A stretch of DNA of 64,000 bases, from assembly GCA_951406725.2 (NCBI GenBank), contig OX597818.1:94116001-94180000 (forward strand), read 5' to 3'. The stretch comes from Octopus vulgaris. Lineage: Eukaryota. The notes under the pieces are model-generated. The model had not been told where the DNA came from. It made no database searches and saw only the letters and a list, made by a program, of their open reading frames with translations. Within the stretch, counting starts at the first letter, position 1; each line of letters starts with the position of its first letter. The position numbers were made by a program, and so were the translations under genes. Shown here in pieces: positions 14,741-29,959 of the stretch.

Positions 14741-15094
14741 TAATACTTTGCATGTGATGTTGGCCAGTTCACTACTCACATGCATGGGACACTTAGCTGA
14801 CTCATCAATCCATTGTTGCAATGTGATGTTGAGCAAACCCACAGTTGTGGAGTGATGTTTGGTCAGTCCCACTGCTGTGGCTGAGAATTTGGATTTGGTA
14901 GTCCTACTGTTGTGGATGAAACATTGGAGGTGTGTGTACTGTTGTAACTGGGACATTGCCCAGCCCCACTGTTGTGAGCAACTCTGCTCAATGACTAGGG
15001 CACTGGGCAGCCCCATTATTAAGGCTAGGGCATTGGGTAGCCCTACTGCCGTAGTTGGGGACTTAAAATATTATGGTTAAGAGAGACTCAATTT

Positions 15095-15480
15095 CTTTAT
15101 TCTTTTACTTGTTTCAGTCATTTTGACTGTAGCAATGCTGGAGCACTGCTGTGAAGTGTTTTTGTTGAACAATTTGACCCCAGGACTTATTTTAAAGACT
15201 AATTCTTATTCTATTGGTCTCTTTGCCAAACTGCTAAGTTATGGGGATATAAACACAACCAATACCGGTTGTCAAACAATGAGGAGGGGAACAAACATGT
15301 GCACAAATATACGCACACATGCACACAAACATACACACACACACATACCCACACACACACACTTGCAATGGGCTTCTTTCAGTTTCTGTCTACCAAATCC
15401 ACTCACAAGGCTTTGGTCAGCCCAAGGTGCCATGCAGTGGTTGGGAAGCAAGCTTCTTACCACACAGCCATGACTGCACC
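15095..15480 (-). mobile_element. SINE family B (CORE-like), degenerate
   Basis: Reverse complement of the family seen intact at 41395 and 61525. Confidence 0.75.
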
Positions 15481-16029
15481 AATGTAGACATGCATCCCAA
15501 TTTACATCACTATTTATTGTACATCATCATTTTAACACCCACTTTTTCAAGCTTGTGTGGTTTAGATTCGATTTGTTAAGGTAGATTTTTTTTGATATCT
15601 GGATGATCTTCCTGTCACCAACATTCAGCTGTTTCTAAGTTCCCTCCCCCAACCCTTAGAACATGAACAGCACAGTGACACCACTCATACAACAGTGACA
15701 TTTATTTACAATTTGTTCATGATGTCAAGATAAGGGAATGCAAATATACGCACACACACACATGATGAGCTCCTTTCAGTTTCTGTTCACTAAATCCATT
15801 CACAAGACTTTGGTCAGCCTCAGGCTTTAGTAGATAACATTTGCTTGCGGTACCGTGCTGTGGGACTGAAACCACTTGCTGCGAAATGAATGTCTTAATC
15901 ATGCAGCTGTGCCTGTACTTATACTTACATATGTATGTGTGTGTGTGTGTGTATAAAATGAGTAGTTTTCATACCGCTTCTACCTATCAAATTCTGCTCC
16001 CAAAATGTTAGTGAGTTTGAGGCTGTGGT

Positions 16030-16740
16030 AGATTACTTGTCCTTGTGGTGACATTCACCTGTGGTCAGTTGAGCTGGCTCTGACCAACAATGTCACATTC
16101 CTCACAAAGGCCGACCACATCCTATTGACAAATGCCCCATTGGGGGCGCAAGCATGTTGGATAGCATGGATGCCATAGCCGTAGTTGTCATTTGCTGTTG
16201 AGGTGTAGAGTTCATGTTTGGAGTTTCAGTGGGGATACAAGTTCACATGTAGACCCTGGTCACATGCATACAAACTTTAGGATAATGTGATCCATAGCAG
16301 CCCATCTTGCTGTCGATTGCTGACCTTCGCAAAGAATTTGCTAACCAAGTCACCGCCGATTATCAGAGCAGATGTAGCCTGGGTTTGAAGCAGGTTTTAG
16401 AGACGTGCTTTAATAAAATCTATGATGTACCTCACTCCCAGTGTTCTTCCAGCATGCTGGACCCCAACCCAGAACTTCTGAGGGTCCATGCTATTGCTAG
16501 ATAGTTGTTGAAGATACACTGGCTCATCAGTCTTTTTGACAGGTCTTGTTTTTAGTCCTGCTGAGTTTCTAGCAATTCTCCTCATCAGGCAAGCCTAATG
16601 GAGATGCCAGTTTAGTCGCTAACGACCTGACCATGCAACAGGTTATGCTGGATTCCATGTTACTATTAGCATTCATGAGAGACCTCACAAGTGATCTGAA
16701 ATTAGGGAGAAGCTTCTTGCCTTAGTTGCCACACAATGGG
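16030..16740 (-). mobile_element. Probable RTE/RTE-X LINE 5' UTR relic
   Basis: GC-richer complex segment resembling RTE-type 5' UTRs. Assignment is from recall only; no coding motif seen. Confidence 0.35.
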
Positions 16741-16959
16741 ATCGATTTCACATGTATGCAAAGAGAATTTCTTAATCACAATTGCATGCCTGATAATGTT
16801 TGTCCAATCAGGAATTACCTGAGGCCTGAACAACACCACTCCCACAGTCACTGATACCAACTCTACCACCATCACCCTACACCTACATCATTTCATAACA
16901 TGACCGGCTTCCCTTCAGACACTCTACTTCGTGTTTCCATTATCTCCAATCACTTCTAC

Positions 16960-17990
16960 ATGTTTTCACTATACATACACCTCCATCATACAGTTCAACC
17001 ATCACATGCACACATGGCACACTGTCGAGAACATAGCAACTGAAGAAGTCTGTTGTATATGTCGTGTATGCACATGCATGTGTATCTGTGTACATATGTT
17101 CACTGTTGTGCACACACTTCTACCATTTGCACACTTCCACTGTCATATACTCACCTCCATCATACACATATGGCCACTGTCATGCACATGCCTTCACTGC
17201 CATGCATACACCTCCATTGTGCACATGCTTTCACTATTTTTCATACACCTCCATCATTGTGCATCCCCCCCACTATTATGCACACACCTCCACTATTTGG
17301 CATATACCTCCATTATTGCACACACACCTCCACTATCATGCACATATGTCCACCATTGTGTATACATTTCCACTATCATGCATGCAATGCTACCATGCAT
17401 AGACCCTGTATGTCTACTGTCATACACCCACCTCCATTGTGCACTTGTGTCTACCTTCATGTACACACCTCCATTATACTCACACCTCCATCATGCATGT
17501 ATGTCCACTGTCATGTGCAGACTTCCAGTGTGCATTTGTGTCCACCTTCGTGTATACACCTCCATCACTAGACACAGTCTTTATGCACATACATCCATTG
17601 TGCATATATGTCCACCATTATGAGGATACCTCCAACATGGTATATGCACTTCTATTGTGCACACAGCAGTATATGACAAATATCTTACTGCCACCACACA
17701 CAGCTTCAGCATTTCTGCCTCAACCATGCACACCACTTCCACCACACTCCTCCAACTCCTCCACCACACCCCCTCCAACCACTCTACCACACCCCCTCCA
17801 TTCCCCTCAAACCTCTCCACAAACCCGCCATCACATGCACACACCCACCACCAACCCACTTCACTGCCCGTTCCTCTCCACTCCCACCACAGTACAGACA
17901 CTCCACCACACCCCCTCCATCATCTCATGCATACATCTACTCTACTATCACAACACACCACCACCAATACTTTCACATATTACAACAGGG
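16960..17990. repeat. Degenerate CA-rich minisatellite (acacctccattgtgcac-like)
   Basis: Recurring ~20-bp motif, highly diverged. Confidence 0.7.
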
Positions 17991-18274
17991 CACTATTGTC
18001 TATCTGTAGTTAACCAATGGGAATTGTCCTTACTTCATTGATTTCATTGATTTTGCTGCAGCAATTCTGGAGCCTAGTGCAGTGTATTGCAGTGTTGTGC
18101 AGCTTAGCACTTCTCTGCCTTCAAAGCATGTCTTGGCATGGTATCTTGTTATCAGGCAGGTTATCATAGATTATTGCTCTCCCCCACCATTCTCTCTCTC
18201 TCTCTCCACTTTTTTTAAATAAGTGTTTACTTTATATTTGCTTGCTGGTTGGGATTTTCTTACATCATATTCAG

Positions 18275-18304
18275 TGTGTATGCATATAAGTATGTGCATG
18301 TGTA

Positions 18305-18336
<32 letters not shown>

Positions 18337-18453
18337 ATGTGTGTATGTATGTATGTATGTATGTATTTATGTATGTATGCATGTGCATGTGTATATGTGT
18401 ATGTATGTATGTGCATGTGTATATGTATATATATATGTATGTGCATGTATATA

Positions 18454-18488
<35 letters not shown>

Positions 18489-18539
18489 GCATGTATATAT
18501 GTATATATATATATGTATATATGTATGTATGTGCATGTA

Positions 18540-18582
<43 letters not shown>

Positions 18583-19060
18583 GTATATGTATATATATAT
18601 GTATGTTTGTGCATGTATGTATGTGTATATATATGTATGTATGTGCATGTGTATATATATATATATATATGTATGTGCATATATATATATATGTATGTGC
18701 ATATATATATATATGTATGTGCATATATATATATGTATGTATGTATGTGCATATATATATATGTATGTATGTGCATATATATATATATATATGTATGTAT
18801 GTATGTATATATATATATATGTATGTAGTGCATGTATATATATATATGTATGTATGCACAAAAGTTTTTTTTTTGTCTGTTTACTTCCTTGTGTTCCTTT
18901 CTGTTGAAGAGCATAGGCTTGAAACGTAAAAGATTTTCTCACCTTCCCGAGTGTCATACTAATACACCTGCTTGTTGTTTATACACCTGTCTTTGTCTTT
19001 TGTGTTTCTGTAAATTTCAACTATATATATATATATATATATATATATGCATGTACATAA

Positions 19061-19104
<44 letters not shown>

Positions 19105-19316
19105 GTGCATGTACATATGTGTGTGTGTATATATATGTATATATATATATATATATGTATGTACATACATGAATATATGTGTATGTGCATATGTGTGTGT
19201 GTGTGCATGTGTATATATATATACATGTACATACACACATAGATGCACATATGTGCATGTATATATATGTATGTATGTGCATGTATATATGTGTGTGTGT
19301 GTGTATATATATATAT
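18275..19316. repeat. (TA)n/(TATG)n/(TG)n microsatellites surrounding a short repeat insert
   Basis: Direct inspection. Confidence 0.9.
18897..18932 (+). ncRNA. Minimal type I hammerhead-ribozyme-like motif in a probable Penelope pseudo-LTR fragment (~18862-19022)
   Basis: cttt-CTGTTGA-a-GAGC atag GCTT-GAAA-cG-TA-aaag: stem I cttt/aaag, stem II, palindromic ACGT helix III. The core reads CUGUUGA instead of CUGANGA. Confidence 0.55.
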
Positions 19317-19844
19317 CATTTGTAAACCCATAGAAAACGAACCTCCACCAACTATTCTGCCTATGTGTCCCTGCACACATTTCAATGCAATATATGCCAG
19401 AAGGTTGCAAATCTAATGGAGGCCTCAAAAGATCAGAACTTAAATGCAGCTTTTGTCAACCACATGAGGTTCCTTAAAGACTAACTCGTACCAGGGGGGT
19501 ATCCTGAACTCCAGGAGGGAGAGCTTCAGACCATGCTTGCATTTTAGAAAACTTCTGCTGACTCTTTGGAATCTGCATGGTGGCACCACAGCTGGAAACC
19601 AGTAGCCAAAGCTGAAGGGAAACAATTGTTTACCTTCATGATACTTTGGTGAAAATTGATGGACAATGGCAAAGGAAGGTAATCACTTAGAGTTTTACCC
19701 TTAAAAAACAAGGCCTCCCCCCCCCCCCTCCATATTTTAAAGAGGTCTCAGGGAAGCAGTGTTTGGGGTCTGAAGATTCGCCGTGAGGGTAAACCCCTTA
19801 TAAGTGAGAAACCTAGGGTAACCCCATAAACTGGCCTACCTCAC

Positions 19845-20662
<818 letters not shown>

Positions 20663-20663
20663 T

Positions 20664-22281
20664 AAGACCTGTTGAGGCAGAGGCAAGTGTGTGACACTTT
20701 GTGAAGACCTGTTGAGGCAGAGGCAAGGGTGTGACACTTGTGAAGACCTGTTGAGGCAGAGGCAAGGGTGTGACACTTGTGAAGACCTGTTGAGGCAAGT
20801 GAAAATCAAATCAAACCAAATCAAAATAGATGAACATCAATGGAATTTGTATCTTTGTGGTTCCAGTACCGGTGGCACACAAGAAAACCATCCGATCGTG
20901 GCCGTTCGCCAGCCTCATCTGGCACCTGTGTCGGTGGCACATAAAAACACCATCCGAAGTCCCGGCGACGTAGTCAGTCCACCTGTGCATACCTCCCTAC
21001 TTATGACACTTGTGAAGACCTGTTGAGGCAAGTGTGTGACACTTGTATAGACCTGTTGAGGCAAGTGAAAATCAAAATCAAATCAAATCAAATCAAATCA
21101 AATCAAATCATACCAAATCAAAATAGATGAACATCAATGGAATTTGTATCTTTGTGGTACCAGTACCGGTGGCACACAAGAAAACCATCCGAACGTGGCC
21201 GTAGCCAGTACCGCATCGACTGGCCTCTGTGATGATGTGGGCACATAACGAACACCATCCGATCGTGGCCGTCCGCCAGCCTCATCTGGCACCTGTGTCG
21301 GTGGCACATAAAAACACCAACCGAAGACCCGGCAAGACTAGTCAGGCCATAACCCGTGGCCCCTACTTGGGACGTAGTCAGTCCACCTGTGCATACCTTC
21401 CTTCCTTCTTGTGACACTTGTGAAGACCTGTTGAGGCAAGTGAAAATCAAATCAAATCAAGTCAAAATAGATGTACATCAATGGAATTTGTGTCTTTGTG
21501 GTACCAGGGCCGGTGGCACACAGGAAAACCATCCGAACGTGGCCGTGGCCAGTGCCGCATCGACTGGCCTCCGTGCTGTGGGCACGCAACAAACACCATC
21601 CGATCGTGGACGTTTGCCAGCCTCATCTGGCACCTGTGTCGGTGGCACATAAAAACACCATCCGAAGACCCGGCAAGACTAGTCAGGCCATAACCCGTGG
21701 CCCCTGCCTGGGACGTTGTCAGTCCACCTGTGCATACCTTCCTTCTTGTGACAATTGTGAAGACCTGTTGAGGCAAGTGAAAATCAAATCAAAATAGATG
21801 AACATCAATGGAATTTGTATCTTTGTGGTACCAGCGCCGGTGGCACACAAGAAAATCATCCGAACGTGGCCGTAGCCAGTACCGCATAGACTGGCCTCCG
21901 TGCTTTGGGGACGTAACAAACACCATCCGATCGTGGCCGTCCGCCAGCCTCATCTGGCACCTGTGTCGGTGGCACATAAAAACACCATCCGAGCGTGGCC
22001 GTTCGCCAGCCTCGACTGGCACCTGTGTCGGTGGCACATAAAAACACCATCCGAGCGTGGCCGTTCGCCAGCCTCGACTGGCACCTGTGTCGGTGGCACA
22101 TAAAATCACCCACTACACTCTCGGAGTGGTTGGCGTTAGGAAGGGCATCCAGCTGTAGAAACACTGCCAGATCTGACTGGCCTGGTGCAGCCTTCGGGCT
22201 CCCCAGACCCCAGTTGAACCGTCCAACCCATGCTAGCATGGAAAACGGACGCTAAATGATGATGATGATGATGATGATGAT
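20664..22281 (+). mobile_element. Tandemly amplified RTE 3' UTR (about four 300-345-bp units plus the true 3' end)
   Basis: The marker aaatagatg[a/t]acatcaatgg recurs at ~20824, 21121, 21466 and 21792. Only the last unit carries the ..catggaaaacggacgctaaa(tga)n terminus. Confidence 0.88.
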
Positions 22282-23792
22282 ATGTATGTATGTATGTATA
22301 TATATATGTATGTATGTATATATATATGTATGTATGTATGTATATATATATGTATGTATGTATGTATATATATATATGTATGTATGTATGTATATATATA
22401 TATGTATGTATGTATGTATATATATATATGTATGTATGTATGTATATATATGTATGTATGTATGTATATATATATATGTATGTATGTATGTATATATATA
22501 TATGTATGTATGTATGTATATATATGTATGTATGTATGTATATATATATATGCATGTATATATGCATGTATATATGTGTATATATATATTAGCTGAGGTA
22601 AAAGCCTGGGGAATAGTTTTGGTAGATGGAAACTGACAGAAACTTGTGTGTGTGCATGTATAGATTTATGTGTGTACACATACACACATACACATGTGCA
22701 CAAGCATACATACACATTTATATATACATGCATGTATACATACATATGTATATATATATATGTGTTTGTGTGTATATATATATATATAAAAAATCATCAT
22801 CATTTAATGTCCGTTGTCAATGTTGGCATGGGTTGGATGATTTGAGGAGGGCTGATAAGTTGAGGAGCTGCACCAGACTCTAGTCTGATTTGGCATGGTT
22901 TCTACAGTTGGATGCCCTTCCTAACATCAATCTCTCCAAGATCGTGATAGGTGCTTTTACATGACACTGGCATTGGTCACATTGCCACCGTGAGGCCCAG
23001 TGCCTGAATGGTGCTTTTTATGTGCCTGTTATGTGACACTGGTATTGGCCACATCGCCTCTGTGAGGCCCAATACTCGATTGGTGCTTATTACATGTCAC
23101 CAGCATAGGATATATGCCCCAGCATGGCCGCAACCTTCGGGTTAAAACATTTTTAAGGATTTAAGGATATATAAATATTTATATATATATATGTATGTAT
23201 ACACACACACACAAATTGATATTGCTTAAGAGATGGATATTTATGGGATTAAATTAACCTATTTGCTTTAAGTACTAAGTGAGTACTGATTCTTTATTTC
23301 TTTATTATTTTTTTTGTTCTAAAAATTTCCTGTTTGTTTCTCCCCACAAAAACTAAAGCCCTCAATTTCACCCTCCTACCATATCAACCAAAAGGCATTT
23401 TGACTATCTTGATTACATTCTTCATTGAAATCTTCTATGAGTAACACGTTATTCATGAATGTATTAACCTTCACATTGCAAACACATGTACGCACACACA
23501 CACACACATACACACCACATAAAGAAAACAGGGACATGCATGCACACATATTTCACACTTACATACCATATTTGTCCCATCAGCACTATCACCAAACTGC
23601 CAGCCCAAGCCACTGAACAAAGACAATCTAGATACTCTCTCTCTCTCTCTCTCTCTCAACAACCAGAAATTTAATCATGCTTGTTTTGAACACTATCAAA
23701 GAAAGCAACTTCGCCGTCAGTTTTACTTTGAGAACTGCCTGTGCAGAGACAAACTAAGAAGTAACTGTAAAATTTTTCTGCTCTGAAATATT

Positions 23793-24196
23793 CTCTTTTA
23801 TCTCTTTTACTCTTTCAATTGTTACAGTCATTTGACTGCGGCCATGCTGGAGCACCACCTTTTATCGAGCAAATCGACCTCAGGACTTATTCTTTGGAAG
23901 CCTAGTGCTTATTCTATTGGTTGCTTTTGCCGAACCGCTATGTTATGGGGACATAAACACACTACCATCGGTTGTCAAGTGATGTTGGGGGAACAAACAC
24001 AGACACACATACATATATATATTGTATATATACGACGGCCTTCTTTCAGTTTCCATCTACGAAATCCACTCACAAGGCTTTGGTTGGCCTGAGGCTATAG
24101 CAGAAGACACTTGCCCAAGGTACCACGCAGTGGGAATGAACCCAGAACCATGTGGTTGGTAAGCAAGCTACTTACCACACAGCCACTCCTGTGCCT
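23793..24196 (-). mobile_element. SINE family B (CORE-like), full length
   Basis: Reverse complement of the 41395 copy. Confidence 0.85.
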
Positions 24197-26790
24197 TACA
24201 TTTCATATTGAGTTCTAGATCAGTTAACAGTAACTGTTTATCAGCCACAAAGTTATGCTATTGTCTTTGTATATTTATATATAAGATGGAAATTGGTTCA
24301 GTAATGAGTATAACTATTGTTTATTAATGAACTTAAAAAGCAAAAATAACTTTTAGCCCAGCTGATGATTCGCAGCTTTTACCCACACCATTGCATAAAT
24401 GTCTCTTCTCAGTTAAATGCAATGCAGTATCATGACATGAGGCATTGTATACAGACTGTTCAGACCATCAGTAGAAAGGCAATATATATTACATGATTGG
24501 AAGATATATGTTCTTTCAGGTGCCACAGATTATTATTAGCTTACTTTGTTTTGTGTACTAAAAAGACCAAAGTAAGGCAAATTTAATTATGAGTTGAATA
24601 TTTTTGAATATTTGAAGGGACTATTTATATTTGTGGGGTTTTTTGTGTCTCATTTCAATTTTTTTTTTGTGTGTTTAATACTTGAATTCTGTATATATTT
24701 TACTACATGATGCTGTATCACTTGCATCATTTCCCAACTTTCCACATGAATATTACCTTTTCTTAAAGCAGATTTAACCCTTTATCATTTAAACTGGCCA
24801 TATCTGGCACAAATATTCTTCCTGCTTTATGCTCCAAACTGGCCAAATCCAGCCTCTCATACCTACCTTACAATATCATTCTAAAAATAAACAATCATAC
24901 CATTGAAGTGTCAAAGTTATGAGACAATGCATGATTAATTCTAAACAACCAATATTGGCATGTTTACATTCCTGTGACTTCATGATTTGGCAAAAGATAC
25001 CTATAGAATAAGTACCACTTTACAAAAAATAATAAGTACTGGAGTTGATAAGCAGGACTAAAATATTATTCAAGGCAATGCCCCAGCATGGCCACAATTC
25101 AATGAATGAAACAAGTAAATGATAAAAGATAAGAAAGTATGTGTGTGTGTTTGGTGGTGGTGGTGGGGAAGGTCTTTTAATATTTACATTTTCTCTTTGG
25201 ACATTTATAAACAATGGCCTTTTCAACAACAAAAAAGTAAAATGTGCCCCCTCCCAACATATTGAAAATATATAAATACTAAAAAAAGCACCAAAATATA
25301 TGAAAAAAGCTTTGCCACAAGACACTCACAAAAGATAATATTAACATATTAAAATAAAATGGTAACTTCATTTAGCAGTAATGTCAACAAACACTCTTTA
25401 TTTAGTGAGGGTGCTAACAAGTCAGGAATATTTCTGTTCTGTTTCTGTTTTTAGACGTAACTAGTACCATAAAAAAATTGGACACGGGTGTTTTTGCACA
25501 AATGAGGGCAGTATGACAAAGTTGTGTAACCAAGTAAAATGCTATTCTTCTTGAGTGTTATTAATGAACAAGAAAAACAATGTATCTGTCTTGCTAGTGG
25601 TGGCTTTCCTTGAACCAGCATAACAACAGTCACAATCAAGGTAAATTGTATGGATCTCTTTTGTATGGCTGTAGAGTATTTAAAGATGAGGCTGAAGCAA
25701 GTAAACAGGTGATGCTGGTGAGAACTGCCCTTACATTTATGACACAACAGCTCTCAAACCAGCTATACTAAGTGTAATTATTCACCTGTTTTATGCTCAA
25801 ACTGATCAGATCAGGTCCTTCACACTTACCATACCATGTCTTAAACTAAACAATCACTTGAAAATTCTTAGCTACAAGATAATGCATGATTAATTCAAAA
25901 TAATGTTAATAAATAAGCAGTACAAAACCAAGAATACTAAGATTAAAGAGAGAATACATCCTCAGATCAACGGGGACAATGTAGACCTAAAATTCACTGT
26001 CTTCCAAAAGAGTAATCTGCTCCTCGTTGATACAGTAACTATACTTTGGTGCAACAGACACTGTATGGATATACAAATGAATGAACCTCAAATAAGTTTG
26101 GAATATGAGAAACTTGCTAAAGACAGACAGTGAAAAAGATTGATCTTTAATTATAATCTGTTAAAATAAAAACTTCTTAAGGACATGGGTTGTTTACCAC
26201 CTATAATTTGTTAGCCAGTTAGTACCATCAGGATTAGTTTTTCTTCAGATGTTTCTCTGTGGCAAAGTATCTTACCTTGATTTGATGTTTGCAATTAGAG
26301 ATAACCTATAAATAAAAAGTTGCCCATAATTGACAAACACGTGGTGCAAGCCCTATCAGTGTGCCTGTTGTGCTTTTCTGTCTCAAACCTGATACTTGTT
26401 TACAGCTATCACACAATATCAAGACAGGGAAACACAAACACACACGTACATATAAATATGGCTACATGGTTAAAAAACTTACTTGCCAACCGCATGATTT
26501 CTTGTTCAGTCCCACTGTGTGGCACCTTGGACAAGTGTGTTCTACTATAACCTGAAACCACCAAAGCCTTGTGGGTGGATTTGGTTGATGGAAACTGATG
26601 CTATATTTCTAAAAATTGTTATTGTAACATCAGCGGGCCATCAGCTGATGTGTCACATTTGACAGTTTTTTACTATTTTTGTCATGAAACAAAAGCTTGT
26701 CTCCTACCAGAATTTACTTTTTTATTTCATGTTTTTGTTTTTATTTTTTACATTTATGTATACATATTTTTCTCTTTTTTTGTTTTACAG

Positions 26791-26916
26791 AGAGTTGGGC
26801 ATTTTGATCCAGTGACTCGGACATTCCTTACTGAGGAGAATTTGATCCCCAACCTGGCAATGAAAGAAGTAATCGATGCCTTTTTGGAGGAGAATCCGTG
26901 GGGTGAAGATTATTAA
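26791..26916 (+). CDS. STUB1: STUB1/CHIP terminal coding exon (C-terminal half of U-box, stop codon)
   Basis: [41 protein letters not shown] follows a long polypyrimidine tract ending ttttacag. It continues the previous exon in frame and matches the CHIP C-terminus (..[17 protein letters not shown]). Confidence 0.97.
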   Translation, partial: RVGHFDPVTRTFLTEENLIPNLAMKEVIDAFLEENPWGEDY

Positions 26917-27208
26917 AGCTTTCGCTAGACAGTCATGTGACTGTCAACTGTGATGATGGCATCGGTGGTCAGTTGGTCAGTTTGTGAAGCTTGTGAAGTT
27001 GGTCAGCTTGGTGAAGGTGTCAGAAGTAGTAGTGATGATGTTGTTCTTGGTTGCAGACAACCCCTACTTCATGCACACACGTGCACACACAATCTGTTGC
27101 TGCAAAAAATGTACTCTGTGTACACATGCACTCATGCATGTGCACATCCTTATCTCCTGCAGCACTACACACATGCAAATAACCACACTATAAGCACAGG
27201 GTTGTTAT

Positions 27209-27214
27209 AATAAA
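27209..27214 (+). terminator. Candidate proximal poly(A) signal of STUB1
   Basis: AATAAA about 290 nt after the stop codon, just before a 1.4-kb (TA)n tract. Confidence 0.45.
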
Positions 27215-27293
27215 AGAAACATATTTATACATGGATACAGACCACATACATGTGCACTGTTAGTGGCTTGGACCATACAGACAGACAAACAGC

Positions 27294-28705
<1,412 letters not shown>

Positions 28706-29959
28706 AAACAACACTACTAACACCTCTACTGACACTCCACTTGTGCCGTACACTACCATCACAATCAATAACAACAATATCACCACTATCACCACCACCA
28801 ACATCACCAATACTACTACTACTATACTAGCAACAATACCATCACCATCATCACAACCAATACCACCAGAACAGGTGAAGACAATTAGCAAGAACTTAAT
28901 TGGTGCCAACTGTTAAAATATTGTAAATACAATCTGTTGTTGCAGCTGCTGCCCTTTGCTGCTGTGAGACTTCAAACCATTGAGCACGCCACTGCAGTTA
29001 TACCACTGCTCTCTACTGCTGCAGTCTACTCCTACTGCACTCTTGCAGTTGGGCCTTTTTTTCCCTTCTTTCTGTTATGCCATTTGTTATGTATGTGTGT
29101 GTGCATGGTACATGATTCCATGTATCTGTACGTGTGGTATACAAGTATATGATGTATATGTTTTAAGTATTTATGTGTGATGTATATTTGTGTAGAGGGA
29201 TGTGTGTGATGTGATGTGATGTATATATATATATGGAATATGTATGTATGTATGTATAATATGTGTATGTGTGTGTGTATGTATAAATATATATTAGGCA
29301 GTGAATTGGCATTGTTGTTAGAACATTGGTTAGAATACTTTGTGGCACTTGTTCTGATGCTCTGTGCTGTGAGTTCAAATCCTGCCAAGGTCAGTCTTAC
29401 CTTTCAACCTTACAGGAATGATATTTAAAGTACCAGACCATGTGTTGGATCTATAGAAATTTTAAAGTATTGGGCAGGATGCCTTGTGATATCTGTTCTG
29501 TCCTGCTTTTCTGTGTTCTGAGTTCAATACCCACCTCATTTCACTGGAGAAAAAATATATACACAGCAAGAGCTAAAAATATGGACACACTCTGTCAAGT
29601 GTAATGACCAGTAGATAGAACTAGTCATTGAACAACCAATGGATATATAGTTCCCTTGGTTTGTTGCAGGATAATGTGATTTATGTATGTGTGTGCATGT
29701 ATGTGTCCCTGCATGCTTATGTATTGTGTGCATTTGTGTGTGTGTGTAGATTTTGGTTTCAGGAATAGGATGTACCTATTGCAAGGATTTTCATACAAGT
29801 CTTTAAAGCATGGATGTTGTTAGCAAAAGAATTGGATTAGATATATTGGAACAACTAAAGGAATATGAGATGATAATTGTATTATACCTGAAAAGGGTAG
29901 TTGTCATGCTGATGTAGGCCCTAGACTGAGAGTTGGTGCAAGTATATACTTGTGTATGA

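Noticed and set aside
16555-16595. Minus-strand CTGATGA...GAAA hammerhead candidate
   Set aside because: The segment between the core motifs (ggagaattgcta) cannot form stem II.
19370-19440. C2H2-like remnant CNICQKV..KSNGGLKR
   Set aside because: Frameshifted and isolated; more likely a retroelement C-terminal relic than a host zinc-finger gene.
20664-22281. CRISPR array
   Set aside because: Eukaryotic context, no cas genes, spacers homologous to each other, and the sequence is an RTE LINE 3' UTR.
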